From an uncultured Ruminococcus sp. (GTDB lineage: Bacteria > Bacillota > Clostridia > Oscillospirales > CAG-272), in the NCBI GenBank assembly GCA_964463025.1, contig CAYXAC010000001.1, positions 1-27,264 of the forward strand: a stretch of 27,264 nucleotides of DNA. Direction: 5' to 3'. A program made the position numbers and the translations under genes. The notes beneath the pieces are model-generated. The model did no database searches. It saw nothing but the letters and a program-made list of their open reading frames with translations, and was not told the DNA's origin. Below are positions 26,167 to 27,264 of the stretch, piece by piece. How positions within the stretch are numbered: the stretch's first letter is position 1; each line of letters begins with the position of its first letter.

Positions 26167-27264
26167 TTATATAAGTCTTATTCTCGATTTTACGTTAAAG
26201 TCTGCGAGCTTGTCTGCTACCTCGCCCTCACGCATTCTCTGCGTGATAAAGGCAATTTCCTCGCCCTCCGAGATTATCTGTACCTTGCCGAACACCGCGT
26301 TAACCTTCGCTGCGTCAGCGCCTGAAACTGCGATATACTGCTGTGACTCGAATTCAGCGAAATCACATACGCCCTCAAGGCTCTTGACCATAGTGGGCTG
26401 CGCGCATTTTCTGCCAGAGCACATAATCTGCATAAGGTCGCTGACAACCGCCGAGGCAGTCGCGCCTGCCCCCGCACCGGGGCCGTAGAACATAACGCTG
26501 CCGATCGGCTTGCCAAGCACCTCAACCGCGTTGTAAACGCCCGAAACGCTCGCAAGAGGCGATTTCTTGCCAATCATAAAGGGCGCAACCATAATGTAAG
26601 TGCCCTCGCTCGACATAATACTTCTGCCGAGGAGCTTGATGCTCATACCGAGCTTCTCCGCCACTACGACGTCCGCCTTGCGTATACCCGTGATGCCTTC
26701 GGTGTGTATCTCGCCCGTAGGAACGAGTCTGCCGTTTGCAAGCGAGGAGAGAATAGCAATCTTCCTGCAAGCGTCTGTGCCGAGAATATCGGCATCGGGA
26801 TTCCTCTCCGCATATCCGCGCTCCTGCGCGTCCTTCAGGGACTCCTCAAAGCCTGCGCCAAAGGAGAACATCTTGGTGAGAATATAGTTGGTAGTGCCGT
26901 TGAGAATTCCGCGCACCTCGGTGATCTTATTCTGTCCGATACAGCTTATCATAGGCGAAATGACTGGAATACCGCCGCCGACAGCCGCCTCAAAGCGATA
27001 GGAAACGCCTGCCCCCTCGGCTTCGGCAAGGAACTCGTCACCGTAGTTTGCGACAACCTCCTTGTTAGAGGTAATAACGCTCTTGCCCGCCTTAAGAGCC
27101 GCAATAGTGTACTCGTACGCAGGGTGCGAGCCGCCCATAACCTCGATTACGCAGTCGACCTCGGGGTCGTTCGCAATAATATCGAAGTCATGCACCACCT
27201 TGTCTGCAAAGGGCGAGTCGGGGAAATCACGCAAATCAAGTATATATTTTATGTTAATCTCGTC
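26167..27264 (-). CDS. hom: Homoserine dehydrogenase; 5' end lies outside the window
   Basis: VIEVMGG, GKSVITSNK, FEAAVGGGIP, GILNGTTNYIL, AQERGYAERNP.ADI.G.DA..K and YGPGAG..ATASAV. The frame stays open to the window edge (DEINIKYILDLRDFP). Confidence 0.95.
   Translation of the reverse strand, partial: DEINIKYILDLRDFPDSPFADKVVHDFDIIANDPEVDCVIEVMGGSHPAYEYTIAALKAGKSVITSNKEVVANYGDEFLAEAEGAGVSYRFEAAVGGGIPVISPMISCIGQNKITEVRGILNGTTNYILTKMFSFGAGFEESLKDAQERGYAERNPDADILGTDACRKIAILSSLANGRLVPTGEIHTEGITGIRKADVVVAEKLGMSIKLLGRSIMSSEGTYIMVAPFMIGKKSPLASVSGVYNAVEVLGKPIGSVMFYGPGAGAGATASAVVSDLMQIMCSGRKCAQPTMVKSLEGVCDFAEFESQQYIAVSGADAAKVNAVFGKVQIISEGEEIAFITQRMREGEVADKLADFNVKSRIRLI

Overview
Bacterial DNA of about 50% GC by eye. 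SigA-type promoters, GGAGG ribosome-binding sites, lipoproteins and Cys/His-rich surface repeats point to a clostridial (Firmicutes) genome; this is inferred. Positions 1-22081 hold a tightly packed, co-directional cluster of 10 surface or secreted glycan-processing genes, open at the 5' end and closed by a terminator at about 22100-22136. It encodes an Ig-like/repeat protein, a small membrane protein, a domain-permuted membrane-anchored GH3, two right-handed beta-helix domains and four esterase-type domains (SGNH/SASA, CE7-like, HSL-like and one atypical alpha/beta hydrolase). Eight DNRLRE/CBM96-like domains are spread over five consecutive genes. The most striking detail is that the dual-esterase gene starts at 11621 with an RBS and a lipoprotein signal peptide, and carries an in-frame TGA exactly at the lipobox Cys codon (11690-11692). 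Positions 22209-27264 are housekeeping: bioY, sdaA, DUF896, a Zn-finger-like tail-anchored protein, an alanine/glycine:cation symporter, and a convergent, 5'-truncated hom. All domain assignments come from motifs recognised by eye; no searches were run.
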